A DNA stretch of 64,000 bases, taken from NCBI GenBank assembly GCA_027319905.1, contig DAHVMJ010000001.1:117630-181629 (forward strand), read 5' to 3'. Below the pieces are notes generated by a model, which was not told the origin of the DNA, searched no databases, and worked only from the letters and a program-made list of their open reading frames with translations. The DNA is from Candidatus Micrarchaeota archaeon. Its GTDB lineage: Archaea > Micrarchaeota > Micrarchaeia > Micrarchaeales > CABMGC01. Shown here in pieces: positions 18,494 to 27,280 of this stretch; position 1 is the first letter of the stretch; every line of letters begins with the position of its first letter. The position numbers were made by a program, and so were the translations under genes.

Positions 18494-19147
18494 CTACAGC
18501 GCTGTCATCCTTTTTGGCCCTATGTTTAGGCTAGCCCTGACTGTGTCAGCTATCTCCTCGTGTATCGCGCCTACGCTCCTGGTTCCATCGATGCGCACCC
18601 ACCTCTTGGCTCCCCATCCTTCGGCCATCATCCTTTCGTAAACGCCATTCACTCGTTCCTGCAGCAGCGTGTCTTCCTCGTGCCTGTCCATGCCCCTCCC
18701 CTCGGCTTTCCGCTGCGCTTCCTTCCTCAGCATCGCTATTTCTGGCGGAACGTGTATGAAGAAGACTATATCTGGATCAGCGAGCCCCGAGGACTCCTCT
18801 CTGCGCTTCGCCTCGTCATAGTCGTATCCCTGAGACGTCTGGTAGGCCATCGTGCTGAGCTTGCTTCTGTCCCATATGACAACCGTACCAGCTTCTCTAT
18901 GCTTGCTGATCAGGTCAATGTCCTCCTGCTGGTCCTTCATGAACTCGTCGAACAGGTCGCTGACGTTTAGAGTTATCACCTTGTCCAGGTGCTTCTTTAT
19001 CACCTTTCCGTGCTCTCCCTCGTATTTTGGATACGAATAGAGCTTGGTGGGGAAGCCCTCGCCTGCCAGCCTCTCCGCGAGAAGCAGACTCTGCTTTCCC
19101 TTCCCAGCCCCGTCCCCGCCCTCTATCGCTACAAGCAGTCCAGTCAC
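18494..19147 (-). CDS. tmk: Thymidylate kinase-family protein, paralogue 1
   Basis: IEGGDGAGKGKQ P-loop, WDRSKLSTMAYQ, PDIVFFI. Confidence 0.8.
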   Translation of the reverse strand: MTGLLVAIEGGDGAGKGKQSLLLAERLAGEGFPTKLYSYPKYEGEHGKVIKKHLDKVITLNVSDLFDEFMKDQQEDIDLISKHREAGTVVIWDRSKLSTMAYQTSQGYDYDEAKRREESSGLADPDIVFFIHVPPEIAMLRKEAQRKAEGRGMDRHEEDTLLQERVNGVYERMMAEGWGAKRWVRIDGTRSVGAIHEEIADTVRASLNIGPKRMTAL

Positions 19148-19304
19148 AACAACCCCCAAGTCCAAGATAGTTGGTGCGAACGCTTTTTACTGCTTGCTGT
19201 TGGCTTTTTTCCCGCGTGTAAACAAACGTGTGCCAACTTGCAAATTTATCGGACATGTTTATAAAAGTGTTCAGAGAAGTTTCGTACGTGCATCGGGGGT
19301 GGCT

Positions 19305-19907
19305 GTGAGACAGGGCGCGTTCATCGTTCTCGAGGGGCTCGACGGATCTGGCATATCGTCGCAAGCGACATTTTTGGAGACGCACCTGCGGAAACAGGGC
19401 TACAAGACACTCCTCACCAAGGAGCCCACAGGCGGACTGATAGGAGGCATGATAAGGGAGGCGCTAAAGCAGGACTGGAAGACATCGTACAAGTCCCTCC
19501 AGTTGCTGTTCTGTGCCGACCGCGCCAGGCACCTGGAGGAGGAGATAGAACCCGCGCTTGAAGCAGACAGGATTGTCGTCTGCGACAGGTACATGTTCTC
19601 CACGCTTGCCTACGGCTTCGCCGCTGGCGTGGACACGCACTGGCTCTTCAACGTAAACCGCGAGTTCAGGCTACCAGACCTTACCATATTCATTGACATA
19701 AGCCCTGACATATCCCTCTCAAGGATCGCGAAGGGCCGAGAGAAAAGGGAGCTCTTCGAGAAAAGAGAAGCGCTGAGTAAGGTCAGGAAGGCGTATCTAA
19801 ATCTCGCAAAGAGATTCAGATTCAAGATAGTCAACGGGGAGAATGGTGTGGAGGAGACGAGCAGGGACGTGCAGCAGATAGTTGACGGGTTCCTCACCAG
19901 AAGGTAG
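19305..19907 (+). CDS. tmk: Thymidylate kinase-family protein, paralogue 2 (P-loop Lys replaced by Ile)
   Basis: LEGLDGSGISSQ, TKEP, LLFCADRARH, CDRYMFSTLAYG, PDLTIFID; GTG start at 19305. Confidence 0.85.
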   Translation: MRQGAFIVLEGLDGSGISSQATFLETHLRKQGYKTLLTKEPTGGLIGGMIREALKQDWKTSYKSLQLLFCADRARHLEEEIEPALEADRIVVCDRYMFSTLAYGFAAGVDTHWLFNVNREFRLPDLTIFIDISPDISLSRIAKGREKRELFEKREALSKVRKAYLNLAKRFRFKIVNGENGVEETSRDVQQIVDGFLTRR

Positions 19908-19946
19908 AGGGCAAGCAATAAATAAGCGGAGAGCCAACTAGCATCC

Positions 19947-20021
19947 GCTCCCATCGTCTAGTCCGGCCAAGGACATAGGGCTTTCAACCCTGTAACCCGG
20001 GTTCAAATCCCGGTGGGAGCA
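19947..20021 (+). tRNA. tRNA-Glu(TTC)
   Basis: Acceptor GCTCCCA/TGGGAGC, anticodon loop CTTTCAA, T-loop TTCAAAT. Confidence 0.96.
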
Positions 20022-20074
20022 GCGTCTTTCTGCCAATATTTAAATAGGTCGAGGAACCAGCCCCCTTGTTTCAG

Positions 20075-20755
20075 ATGCCTACTTTTGAAACTCCACTGCC
20101 CACGTTGTCACTGCTCGATAACAAGGTGACGTTTGTCAGCGGAGGCGCAAAACTAAGCGGCATCCTGGCCGAGCCGAGGGATGGCGGAAGGTCGATTGTT
20201 ATAATGTGCCACGGTAGCCCTGGAAACAAGGATGCAAGCAAATACGCCAACCTGGCGAAGGAGCTCAGGGATATCGGAATAGCAAGCCTCAGATTCGATT
20301 TTGCAGGGCACGGAGAGAGCAATGGCGGTGCATACTATTTTGACGACAAGATAGGCAGGTCCAACCTCAAGTCCGCAGTAGACTATGTTTCTGCCATGGG
20401 CTACGCATTGAATCAGATAGGGATAGTGGGGTCAAGCGTTGGCGCGCGGATAGCGCTAAAATACGCTGCCGGAACTCCAGGACTCGGAGCGCTTGTGTTT
20501 AGAGCGATAGTGACAGACGGCAGGTCTTGGGAGCATGCCGAGAAGATCAAAACGCCGACAATGTTTATCTGCGGCTCAAAAGACGGAGTCGTGTCGCTTG
20601 AAGAAGAGAAGCAGTTCTTCAAGGCGTTCACCTGCCAAAAGGAGCTTTCTGTAATAAAAGGGGGCAGGCACAGATGCTCAGACCCAAAGCACGTAGCGCA
20701 GTTTGTGTCTATGTCAACACAGTGGCTCAAACAGAACCTGCCTGCAAGGACATAG
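20075..20755 (+). CDS. Alpha/beta hydrolase
   Basis: MCHG, RFDFAGHGES, nucleophile elbow GSSVG, GSKDGVV, GGRH (Ser-Asp-His triad). Confidence 0.9.
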   Translation: MPTFETPLPTLSLLDNKVTFVSGGAKLSGILAEPRDGGRSIVIMCHGSPGNKDASKYANLAKELRDIGIASLRFDFAGHGESNGGAYYFDDKIGRSNLKSAVDYVSAMGYALNQIGIVGSSVGARIALKYAAGTPGLGALVFRAIVTDGRSWEHAEKIKTPTMFICGSKDGVVSLEEEKQFFKAFTCQKELSVIKGGRHRCSDPKHVAQFVSMSTQWLKQNLPART

Positions 20756-20849
20756 TGCCGCTCGAACGTCACCTGTGGATACTCACAGTAGGGCTTTTCG
20801 TATAAACGATTATATTACTTCATCTGCGAACCATAATCGGGGCGGTTGC

Positions 20850-21206
20850 TTGATTCTGAAGGATTCGGGGAAGAAGCAGGTTTTTGGTTCCGGAGCGCAA
20901 AGAGATTCAAGGGAAGGAAAGGGAAGGTACGATCTCATACCAAACACGGCCTTGCGCAGGCTCGCGATAATATACGAAAAAGGAGCGCAGAAATACGGCG
21001 AGCGCAACTGGGAGAAGGGGATGCCCGTATCAAGGTTCCTGGATTCGGCACTGCGTCACATAAACCAACACATAGAGGGCAAGCGCGACGAGGACCACCT
21101 GGCCCATGCTATGTGGAACATCGCAGGCGCGATACACACAGAGGAGATGATCTCCAAAGGCAAGCTGAATGGCAAACTTGCCGATCTACCCAACCATATT
21201 GATTAG
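20850..21206 (+). CDS. dATP/dGTP diphosphohydrolase-domain protein (DUF5664-like)
   Basis: FGSGAQRD..GKGRYDLIP, GAQKYGERNWEKG, DSALRH, EDHLAHAMWN; TTG start at 20850. Confidence 0.85.
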   Translation: MILKDSGKKQVFGSGAQRDSREGKGRYDLIPNTALRRLAIIYEKGAQKYGERNWEKGMPVSRFLDSALRHINQHIEGKRDEDHLAHAMWNIAGAIHTEEMISKGKLNGKLADLPNHID

Positions 21207-21216
21207 GTGCGGCGCG

Positions 21217-21903
21217 ATGCCTACGCACGGCCCCCTATACAAACTCGCAGCGTTCGATGGCATCAGGCGGAAGGACATCGAGATAGACGTGACAAAATCC
21301 GCATCTTCGTTTTCTTCTCTGGGAGACGGACTCAAGACAGTCCTTCGCTCCGTGCTTAGCAATCAGGCTCTTGGTATAACCGATGTCGTAGAATTTGGGG
21401 CCGGTAAGCTGAAGAACGCACCATTCGTGCTGGGAATGGGGAAAAACCTCTGCGCCGTAGAGTTTGAGAGGTTAAGCTCTAACGAGATAGCACAACGCAA
21501 CTACTCGATATGCCAGCGCTACAGCGACAAGTTCAGAAGAATCACACCAGAGAATTTCGCCTTCGACAAGCAAAAATACGATCTTGCCCTACTGGTAAAT
21601 GTCCTTGCCACGATTCCGCGCAGAGAGGACCGCGTCCTCGCTCTCGAAAGAATACACGATAAGGTTCGCGACGGCAAGTTTGCACTTGTCTTTTGGCTGA
21701 AGAACGACGACCGCTATGAACAGCAATTAGCTGAGGGGAAAAGATGTAACGACGGCGTGTGGCTAGGCGAAGGCAGGAAGTACCAGACCTTCTACAGGCG
21801 CTATCTGCCTTCGGAAGTTATCGCCCTCATGCATGATGCCGGCTTCGTGCCGTTTAACCGCTTCTACGCGGAAACGAACCACGCGATACTGTTTAGGAGA
21901 TGA
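21217..21903 (+). CDS. Class I SAM-dependent methyltransferase-like protein
   Basis: VVEFGAGK motif I, acidic AVE at the end of beta2, YDLALLVNVL. Confidence 0.7.
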   Translation: MPTHGPLYKLAAFDGIRRKDIEIDVTKSASSFSSLGDGLKTVLRSVLSNQALGITDVVEFGAGKLKNAPFVLGMGKNLCAVEFERLSSNEIAQRNYSICQRYSDKFRRITPENFAFDKQKYDLALLVNVLATIPRREDRVLALERIHDKVRDGKFALVFWLKNDDRYEQQLAEGKRCNDGVWLGEGRKYQTFYRRYLPSEVIALMHDAGFVPFNRFYAETNHAILFRR

Positions 21904-21998
21904 GCTCCTGAACAAATTGTAAATGTTCTAGTTAAATCGGCGCTGCGGTGTGTCGCGCCACCGCCTATGATAAAAAGCTTCAGCAACAACATAGTATC

Positions 21999-22871
21999 AT
22001 GAAGAGAGACCACATAGCGAAAGCAGCAGCACGCGAACTCGAGGCGGGAGGTTTTGCCACAGTGCTAGCGAGCAACATGCACACTTTTGCCGATGTGTTC
22101 GCCCAGGGAGCGGGAGGCAAGCTCATAATCAAGGCTGTGCACAACATCGACTCAGTGACCAGGAAGGAGGCTGTGGACCTCTTCAGGCTCTCCCAGTTCA
22201 TCGGCGCCGAGCCGTTGGTGGTCGGGGAGAAATCAAAAGAGAGCAGGCTCAAGCGCGGGGTGAGCTACTACCGCTTTTCCATTCGTTGCATCTCTCCCGA
22301 AATGCTGGCCGATATCACGGCAAACCCTACTCCTCTCCTCGCTTCAAAGTCCGTAGGTCTGAAGGTAAGGATAGACGGTACGCGACTTAGGAAGTTGCGT
22401 AAGATGTCAGGTGCTGGCATCTCCGAGCTAGCACGCGCAGTGAAGATATCGAGTTCGACACTCTACAAACACGAACACGAAACGAGCTACGCTGCTGCAG
22501 TGACAGTATCGAAGCTCGAGAGAGTCTTGGGCGAGTCAATAAAGGCCGAGGGCTCCCAGCTTTACAAGAGAGTGCCCTTGCACTCAGGCAGGCTGGAAAA
22601 GACGGGGCTGCGTGCACTCAGACTGAACAGCGCGCCTTTCGATATAGTCGCAAAAAACAGAAACTACTTTGAGATAAGTCTCGACGCCAACTCCAGGACA
22701 ATGGCAAAACGCGCCGCATTCTTCAGCGAGATCAGAGAGAGATTCGAGAATAACTACCCCTTCTTCATCAGCAGCATGAAGAAGAGCAAAGTGCTCGGCG
22801 TTCCTGTGATCGGCAAAAAAGATATGGCCGCCATAGAGTCCGAAGACGAGCTGTTGAATCTTGTGTACTAG
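21999..22871 (+). CDS. Archaeal transcriptional regulator with Cro/C1 HTH (COG1395-like)
   Basis: IKAVHNIDSV, PLVVGE, central HTH LRKLRK..GISELARAVKISSSTLYKHE, APFDIVAK. Confidence 0.85.
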   Translation: MKRDHIAKAAARELEAGGFATVLASNMHTFADVFAQGAGGKLIIKAVHNIDSVTRKEAVDLFRLSQFIGAEPLVVGEKSKESRLKRGVSYYRFSIRCISPEMLADITANPTPLLASKSVGLKVRIDGTRLRKLRKMSGAGISELARAVKISSSTLYKHEHETSYAAAVTVSKLERVLGESIKAEGSQLYKRVPLHSGRLEKTGLRALRLNSAPFDIVAKNRNYFEISLDANSRTMAKRAAFFSEIRERFENNYPFFISSMKKSKVLGVPVIGKKDMAAIESEDELLNLVY

Positions 22872-23723
22872 CTACACCATGAACAGCACTACGTTGCCGA
22901 AGAAGAGCGAGATCACGATTCCTATGAGAATGAACAGGGCCAACGGCGCAGCGTTCCTGTAAACCGGCAGCCGCATCTTCGCGCTCCTCAGCCTTTTGAC
23001 TAGGTCTCGGGTGGCCAGCCTTCCGAACCCAGCGTACTTCGAGAAGTAGCGCATCTCCCTAGAGCTCATCATGTTGAATGCGATTATGTCACCCTCCTCT
23101 AGCTTTGTGGTCGGCATGCTTTCTATCATTCTGGAGGTTATCTCTTCCTCGAACACTAGAGTAAATGCAGAAGGCACGGCAACAACAAGTATCAGGATAA
23201 GTCTTCCCGGGTCAAAACCGTAGAAGTAGAAGATGAAGAGAAGCAGGAGCAGGTAGAGCACGAGGAGGGACACGCCGTAGTATACGTGTTTGGCGTCAGG
23301 CTTCTTAGCCCACTCCTTCTTCATGAAGAGCAGATAATAGATCGGCACGATCCATATCGCCGCGAAGCCCGTTCCAACGAATACGGAAAGGATGAACGGA
23401 AGGCCAAGCTGCCCGATCGCTGTGAAGAAAGGGGTGGGCTGCACGGGTATCACCAGGCTTATGGCCATCAGCTCGAAGTAATCGCCCGCACCCCAAAGCC
23501 CAAGCCTGTAAACTGTGTAGCCTATGACACCCACTACCATCGCAACCACCAGGCTGAATACTATGTCGCTCTGGTGGAATGCAAACGTTATCACGAGCCC
23601 TGCTGCAACACTCACGTATGCAAACACGTCAGGCACATTTCTCTTGTTGAAGACATCGAACGCTGCGTACAGCACAGATATCGCCAAGAGTGCGAGCAGT
23701 GAGACCAACATCGAAATGTCCAT
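22872..23723 (-). CDS. Prepilin/class III signal peptidase (A24, PibD/FlaK-like)
   Basis: AAFD...RNVPD, WGAGD catalytic aspartate motif, LEEGD, C-terminal APLALFILIG. Confidence 0.85.
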   Translation of the reverse strand: MDISMLVSLLALLAISVLYAAFDVFNKRNVPDVFAYVSVAAGLVITFAFHQSDIVFSLVVAMVVGVIGYTVYRLGLWGAGDYFELMAISLVIPVQPTPFFTAIGQLGLPFILSVFVGTGFAAIWIVPIYYLLFMKKEWAKKPDAKHVYYGVSLLVLYLLLLLFIFYFYGFDPGRLILILVVAVPSAFTLVFEEEITSRMIESMPTTKLEEGDIIAFNMMSSREMRYFSKYAGFGRLATRDLVKRLRSAKMRLPVYRNAAPLALFILIGIVISLFFGNVVLFMV

Positions 23724-23933
23724 AGGCTCCACGATTATCAGTACAAAAGATTTAAATATCATTAACGCGAGAACATAAAATACTGTGTTCGTATGCAAAG
23801 CTGCGAGAGAACAATGCTGTGGCACTACTCATCCTCAAGGATAGCCATAGGCATGCCTCTGACATGCTACTTTGTAAATAACATTAAGCCCACGGCGTAA
23901 GGGCTAACATCTGTCTGTCTTCTTGGTGCTCTT

Positions 23934-24287
23934 ATGCAAGTGGGACGAACCAGTAGTTATACTCTTGAAGTGCTCCGACTCAGCGGCAAGGAGGCACAGG
24001 TCCTTGCAGAGATAGGAATGGACTGGGGTTCTACTGCAACAAGTTTCGTAGAGTACATGTGCGACCGCTATGAGATATCGCGCAGCGGAGCGTGGTACTG
24101 CTTGAAGAAACTTAAGGAGAAAGGTGTGGTGGAATTCACAGAAAGGGGAGAGGAGCATAAGCCCCTGAGGATGACCGATAAGGGACTCGAGGCCTTCCGC
24201 TCGTACATGAGTGATGCACGGAAGGGTGGGATTGCGGGAGGGCGGAATACTCCGCTCTCCAGCATTCGGGTAGACGCATTCTTTTAG
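23934..24287 (+). CDS. Hypothetical winged-helix protein
   Basis: ISRSGAWYCLKKLKEKGVV...MTDKG wHTH pattern. Confidence 0.65.
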   Translation: MQVGRTSSYTLEVLRLSGKEAQVLAEIGMDWGSTATSFVEYMCDRYEISRSGAWYCLKKLKEKGVVEFTERGEEHKPLRMTDKGLEAFRSYMSDARKGGIAGGRNTPLSSIRVDAFF

Positions 24288-24295
24288 GTGTCACC

Positions 24296-24685
24296 ATGTC
24301 TATAGGAACCAACACAGCAATCAACGTCACGATACGGCGTGAAAAGTTATATCGGTACGTAGATTACGATCTATTACCTGCTTTGCGTTCCTCAGGAAGA
24401 GGAAAACTTGCGTCGGAATTGGAGGTTGCCTTGGGTCACGGCCCCAGCCATCTGCGCAGACTGCCACAGGAAAGCATAGACCAATTGAAAGAAACATTAC
24501 GTCTGGAAATAGACAAGATAGAACTGGGCATAAAGCTGGGAAAGATTAGCGGCGATGCCGAAGACACCGAAATGCACCAAATGATAGAGCTGCTCTCTTA
24601 TCTGCCTGATCATCCTCTGGACGCTCGCCAAACGCAGGGAGCATCTGGGCTGCTGGTCAGACTCAAGCGTGCCCTTTCCCCTTAG
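24296..24685 (+). CDS. Hypothetical protein
   Basis: 129-aa ORF preceded by GGTG, co-oriented with neighbours. Confidence 0.55.
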   Translation: MSIGTNTAINVTIRREKLYRYVDYDLLPALRSSGRGKLASELEVALGHGPSHLRRLPQESIDQLKETLRLEIDKIELGIKLGKISGDAEDTEMHQMIELLSYLPDHPLDARQTQGASGLLVRLKRALSP

Positions 24686-24736
24686 CGACGTGCACACGCT
24701 TTTATTTATCCTTTCTTCCAATTCCTATGTGGTTGC

Positions 24737-25648
24737 ATGCAGCCCTCGAAGTACGTATGGTTCGATGGCAAGTTCACAGCGTTTGAAGACGCCAATGTTC
24801 ACGTGCTCACGCACTCGCTGCAGTACGGCAGCGGCATATTCGAAGGCATACGCACCTACAAGACCGACCGCGGCCCGGCCATATTCAGGCTGGACGATCA
24901 CGTAAAGAGATTCTTCCGTACAGCGGAGATTTACAGCATGCCACTGCCAATAAACCAGAAGACGCTGAGTAATGCGATAGCTGGCACGGTAAAGAAGAAC
25001 AGGCTCGATTCCTGCTACATAAGGCCGTTCGGCTTCTACAACGACCAGCACATAGGGCTAAGCCCCCTGGGCAAAAGGGTAAGCGTGGTAGTGGCAGCGT
25101 TGCCGTTCGGTAGCTATTTTGCGAACAAGGACAAGGGAGTAAAATGCAAGGTCTCCTCGTGGCAGAGGATAAACTCGCTGATAATGCCCCCTGAAGCAAA
25201 GGGTAGCGGCAACTACCTCAACTCCATACTCGCATCGATGGAGGCGAAGGAGGGCGGGGCAGACGAAGCGATACTCCTTTCGCACGATGGTTACGTCGCA
25301 GAGGGCCCGGGGGAGAACATCTTCCTAGTGCAGAACGGCAGGTTGGTGACACCATCAAAGACAGCTGATATACTTCTTGGTATAACGAGGGACAGCCTGA
25401 TCAAGATAGCCGAAGCGAAAGGGCTTACGGTGGAGGAGCGCGAAGTACACAGGGAGGAACTGTACACGAGCGATGAGGTTTTCTTCGCAGGCACCGCCGC
25501 GGAACTCACGCCAATAACATCGATAGATTCCCGCAAGATAGGTGCAGGAAAGCCAGGGCCGATAACTAAGGTGCTCAGCGAGGCTTACGACGAGGTAGTG
25601 ACAGGCCAGAATGAAGATTTTAGCGACTGGCTTACGTATCTGAGCTAA
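24737..25648 (+). CDS. ilvE: Branched-chain amino acid aminotransferase
   Basis: HSLQYGSGIFEG, PLP lysine AKGSGNY, EGPGENIF, LLGITRD, GTAAE. Confidence 0.96.
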   Translation: MQPSKYVWFDGKFTAFEDANVHVLTHSLQYGSGIFEGIRTYKTDRGPAIFRLDDHVKRFFRTAEIYSMPLPINQKTLSNAIAGTVKKNRLDSCYIRPFGFYNDQHIGLSPLGKRVSVVVAALPFGSYFANKDKGVKCKVSSWQRINSLIMPPEAKGSGNYLNSILASMEAKEGGADEAILLSHDGYVAEGPGENIFLVQNGRLVTPSKTADILLGITRDSLIKIAEAKGLTVEEREVHREELYTSDEVFFAGTAAELTPITSIDSRKIGAGKPGPITKVLSEAYDEVVTGQNEDFSDWLTYLS

Positions 25649-25823
25649 CCCCGCCGTTTTTGCGAGATAAGTTAATTAACCCCAGGGCAAAACTCAAAAC
25701 AAGCAGTTTTTGTATATATGGCACATATGCCAAAGAATCAAAAACGCGCTAAGAAAATACCTATGCTGATCGAGGGCGCATCGCGGTCTTTGCGTTGCTC
25801 CACGCGGTCTTTTGGGCTGGAAT

Positions 25824-26759
25824 ATGTCAGAATTTAAGAAGGAACTATTGTTTCTAAAGGAGCAGCTTGCTTTTAAGGGCAGGATAAAGGACACCAGAGG
25901 CAGCAACATAGTGGTCGCTGGCATGGGCGGTTCCGGGATGCCCGGTAGGATCTTCCAAGAGCTCTACAGCGACAGACCTGTGTATCTTGTAGATGATTAT
26001 CACATACCAAGATTCGTTGGGCCTAACACGCTCTTCATCGCCATAAGCAACTCAGGTAACACAGAGGAAACGCTGAGCGCAACGGAGCAGGCGGAGAAGA
26101 AGGGTGCACGCGTCGTGACGATCAGCAAAGGGGGCGAACTCGCAAAGCACGGAGATGAACATATCGCGCTTCCAAAAAAGAAGCTGCAGCCAAGGTCTTC
26201 TGTAGGCTACATGCTGCTTCCTCTTCTGAACAGCTTCAACATCTGCACACGCGAGGAGCTGAAGCGAACGTACAAGCTTCTCGACGCATTGGATAGGGAC
26301 AATTCAGAATGCCAAAAGTGCGCGGCAGAGGTCTTCAAAGACCAAAAGATACCAGTGGTTCAGGGATCAGCGCCATTCAAGAGCGTGGCCTACAGGTGGA
26401 AGACGCAGTTCAACGAGAACGCAAAGATAATAGCCTACGCAAACCACCTTCCCGAGATGAACCATAACGATACCGTTGCGTTCGCTCATACGTATAACAA
26501 GAAGATGTTCTTCTTTTTTGCTTTCAATCCGCAGCATGACAGGAACAGGGAGAGACTGAGGCTTACATCAGAGCTGACAGACACCGATTTCTACGTGATA
26601 AAGCCAAAGGGAAGAAGCACGGTAGAGAAGCTCTTCTACCTAATGCACTACGGCGATTACGTCTCGTACCATCTCAGCAAGCTCCGCCAAATCGACGCGC
26701 GCGACATAGGTGTGTCGGAAGAGCTAAAGGAAAGGCTTCAGCCACAGAGAAGCCGCTAG
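25824..26759 (+). CDS. Bifunctional phosphoglucose/phosphomannose isomerase
   Basis: GMGGSG, SNSGNTEET, RWKTQFNENAK, PEMNHN. Confidence 0.93.
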   Translation: MSEFKKELLFLKEQLAFKGRIKDTRGSNIVVAGMGGSGMPGRIFQELYSDRPVYLVDDYHIPRFVGPNTLFIAISNSGNTEETLSATEQAEKKGARVVTISKGGELAKHGDEHIALPKKKLQPRSSVGYMLLPLLNSFNICTREELKRTYKLLDALDRDNSECQKCAAEVFKDQKIPVVQGSAPFKSVAYRWKTQFNENAKIIAYANHLPEMNHNDTVAFAHTYNKKMFFFFAFNPQHDRNRERLRLTSELTDTDFYVIKPKGRSTVEKLFYLMHYGDYVSYHLSKLRQIDARDIGVSEELKERLQPQRSR

Positions 26760-26798
26760 ACAGCGGACGAAGTGGCAAGAGCCCGACACAACCGAAAG

Positions 26799-27170
26799 TT
26801 AGAGCAGTTTCAGCGGCTTGGTGAACTTATCTATCTTTGTAGCAACGTCGGGGCCGATTCCAAGCGCGGTTGTCGTTCCCGGAGGCAGCTGCGTGAGCCC
26901 GGCATCGTTGACCAGCGCGCAAGGTACCTTTTCATACTGGAACACCTTGTAGAGCTTGGTGAGCATTGCCTCGTCATCCCCCTCAAGAACTATCTTCTTC
27001 TGGCCGCTCTCGAACCACGCTTTTGTTATCTCCTTGTCTTTTTTCAGAGCCTCGGTATAGCTGAGCATAGACGCATGCGCCACCTGCGAGGCCAGCTTTC
27101 CCATGCCCATCTTAAGGTCCTTCCTTACCACTATGACCTGCTTTACCTCTTCCATGACCTCTTTTCCCAT
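26799..27170 (-). CDS. pth2: Peptidyl-tRNA hydrolase Pth2
   Basis: KQVIVVRKDLKMGMGKLASQVAHA, DAGLTQ, GIGP. Confidence 0.97.
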   Translation of the reverse strand: MGKEVMEEVKQVIVVRKDLKMGMGKLASQVAHASMLSYTEALKKDKEITKAWFESGQKKIVLEGDDEAMLTKLYKVFQYEKVPCALVNDAGLTQLPPGTTTALGIGPDVATKIDKFTKPLKLL

Positions 27171-27280
27171 CCCATTTATTTATACTGCTCGGCCAACGTG
27201 CCTTTGCAGAATAACAGAAGTAATGATATATTCTGTAAATAATATCAATGCTTTAATAGCCCAAGAAGCACAATTTCTCT

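Noticed and set aside
19044..19304. Long N-terminal extensions predicted for tmk2, and similarly for nuoM, nuoN, SemiSWEET, DUF5664 and LamG copy 2
   Set aside because: They overlap neighbouring genes or tRNAs; downstream starts fit family lengths and SD-like motifs better.
20022..21950. Integrated element with att sites at tRNA-Glu
   Set aside because: No duplicate of the tRNA 3' end was found downstream and there is no integrase.
25718..25837. 39-aa ORF (MAHMPKNQ...) and CGCGGTCTTT direct repeat upstream of pgi/pmi
   Set aside because: The ORF overlaps the pgi/pmi start out of frame and has no motif; a 10-bp repeat pair is too weak without comparative data.
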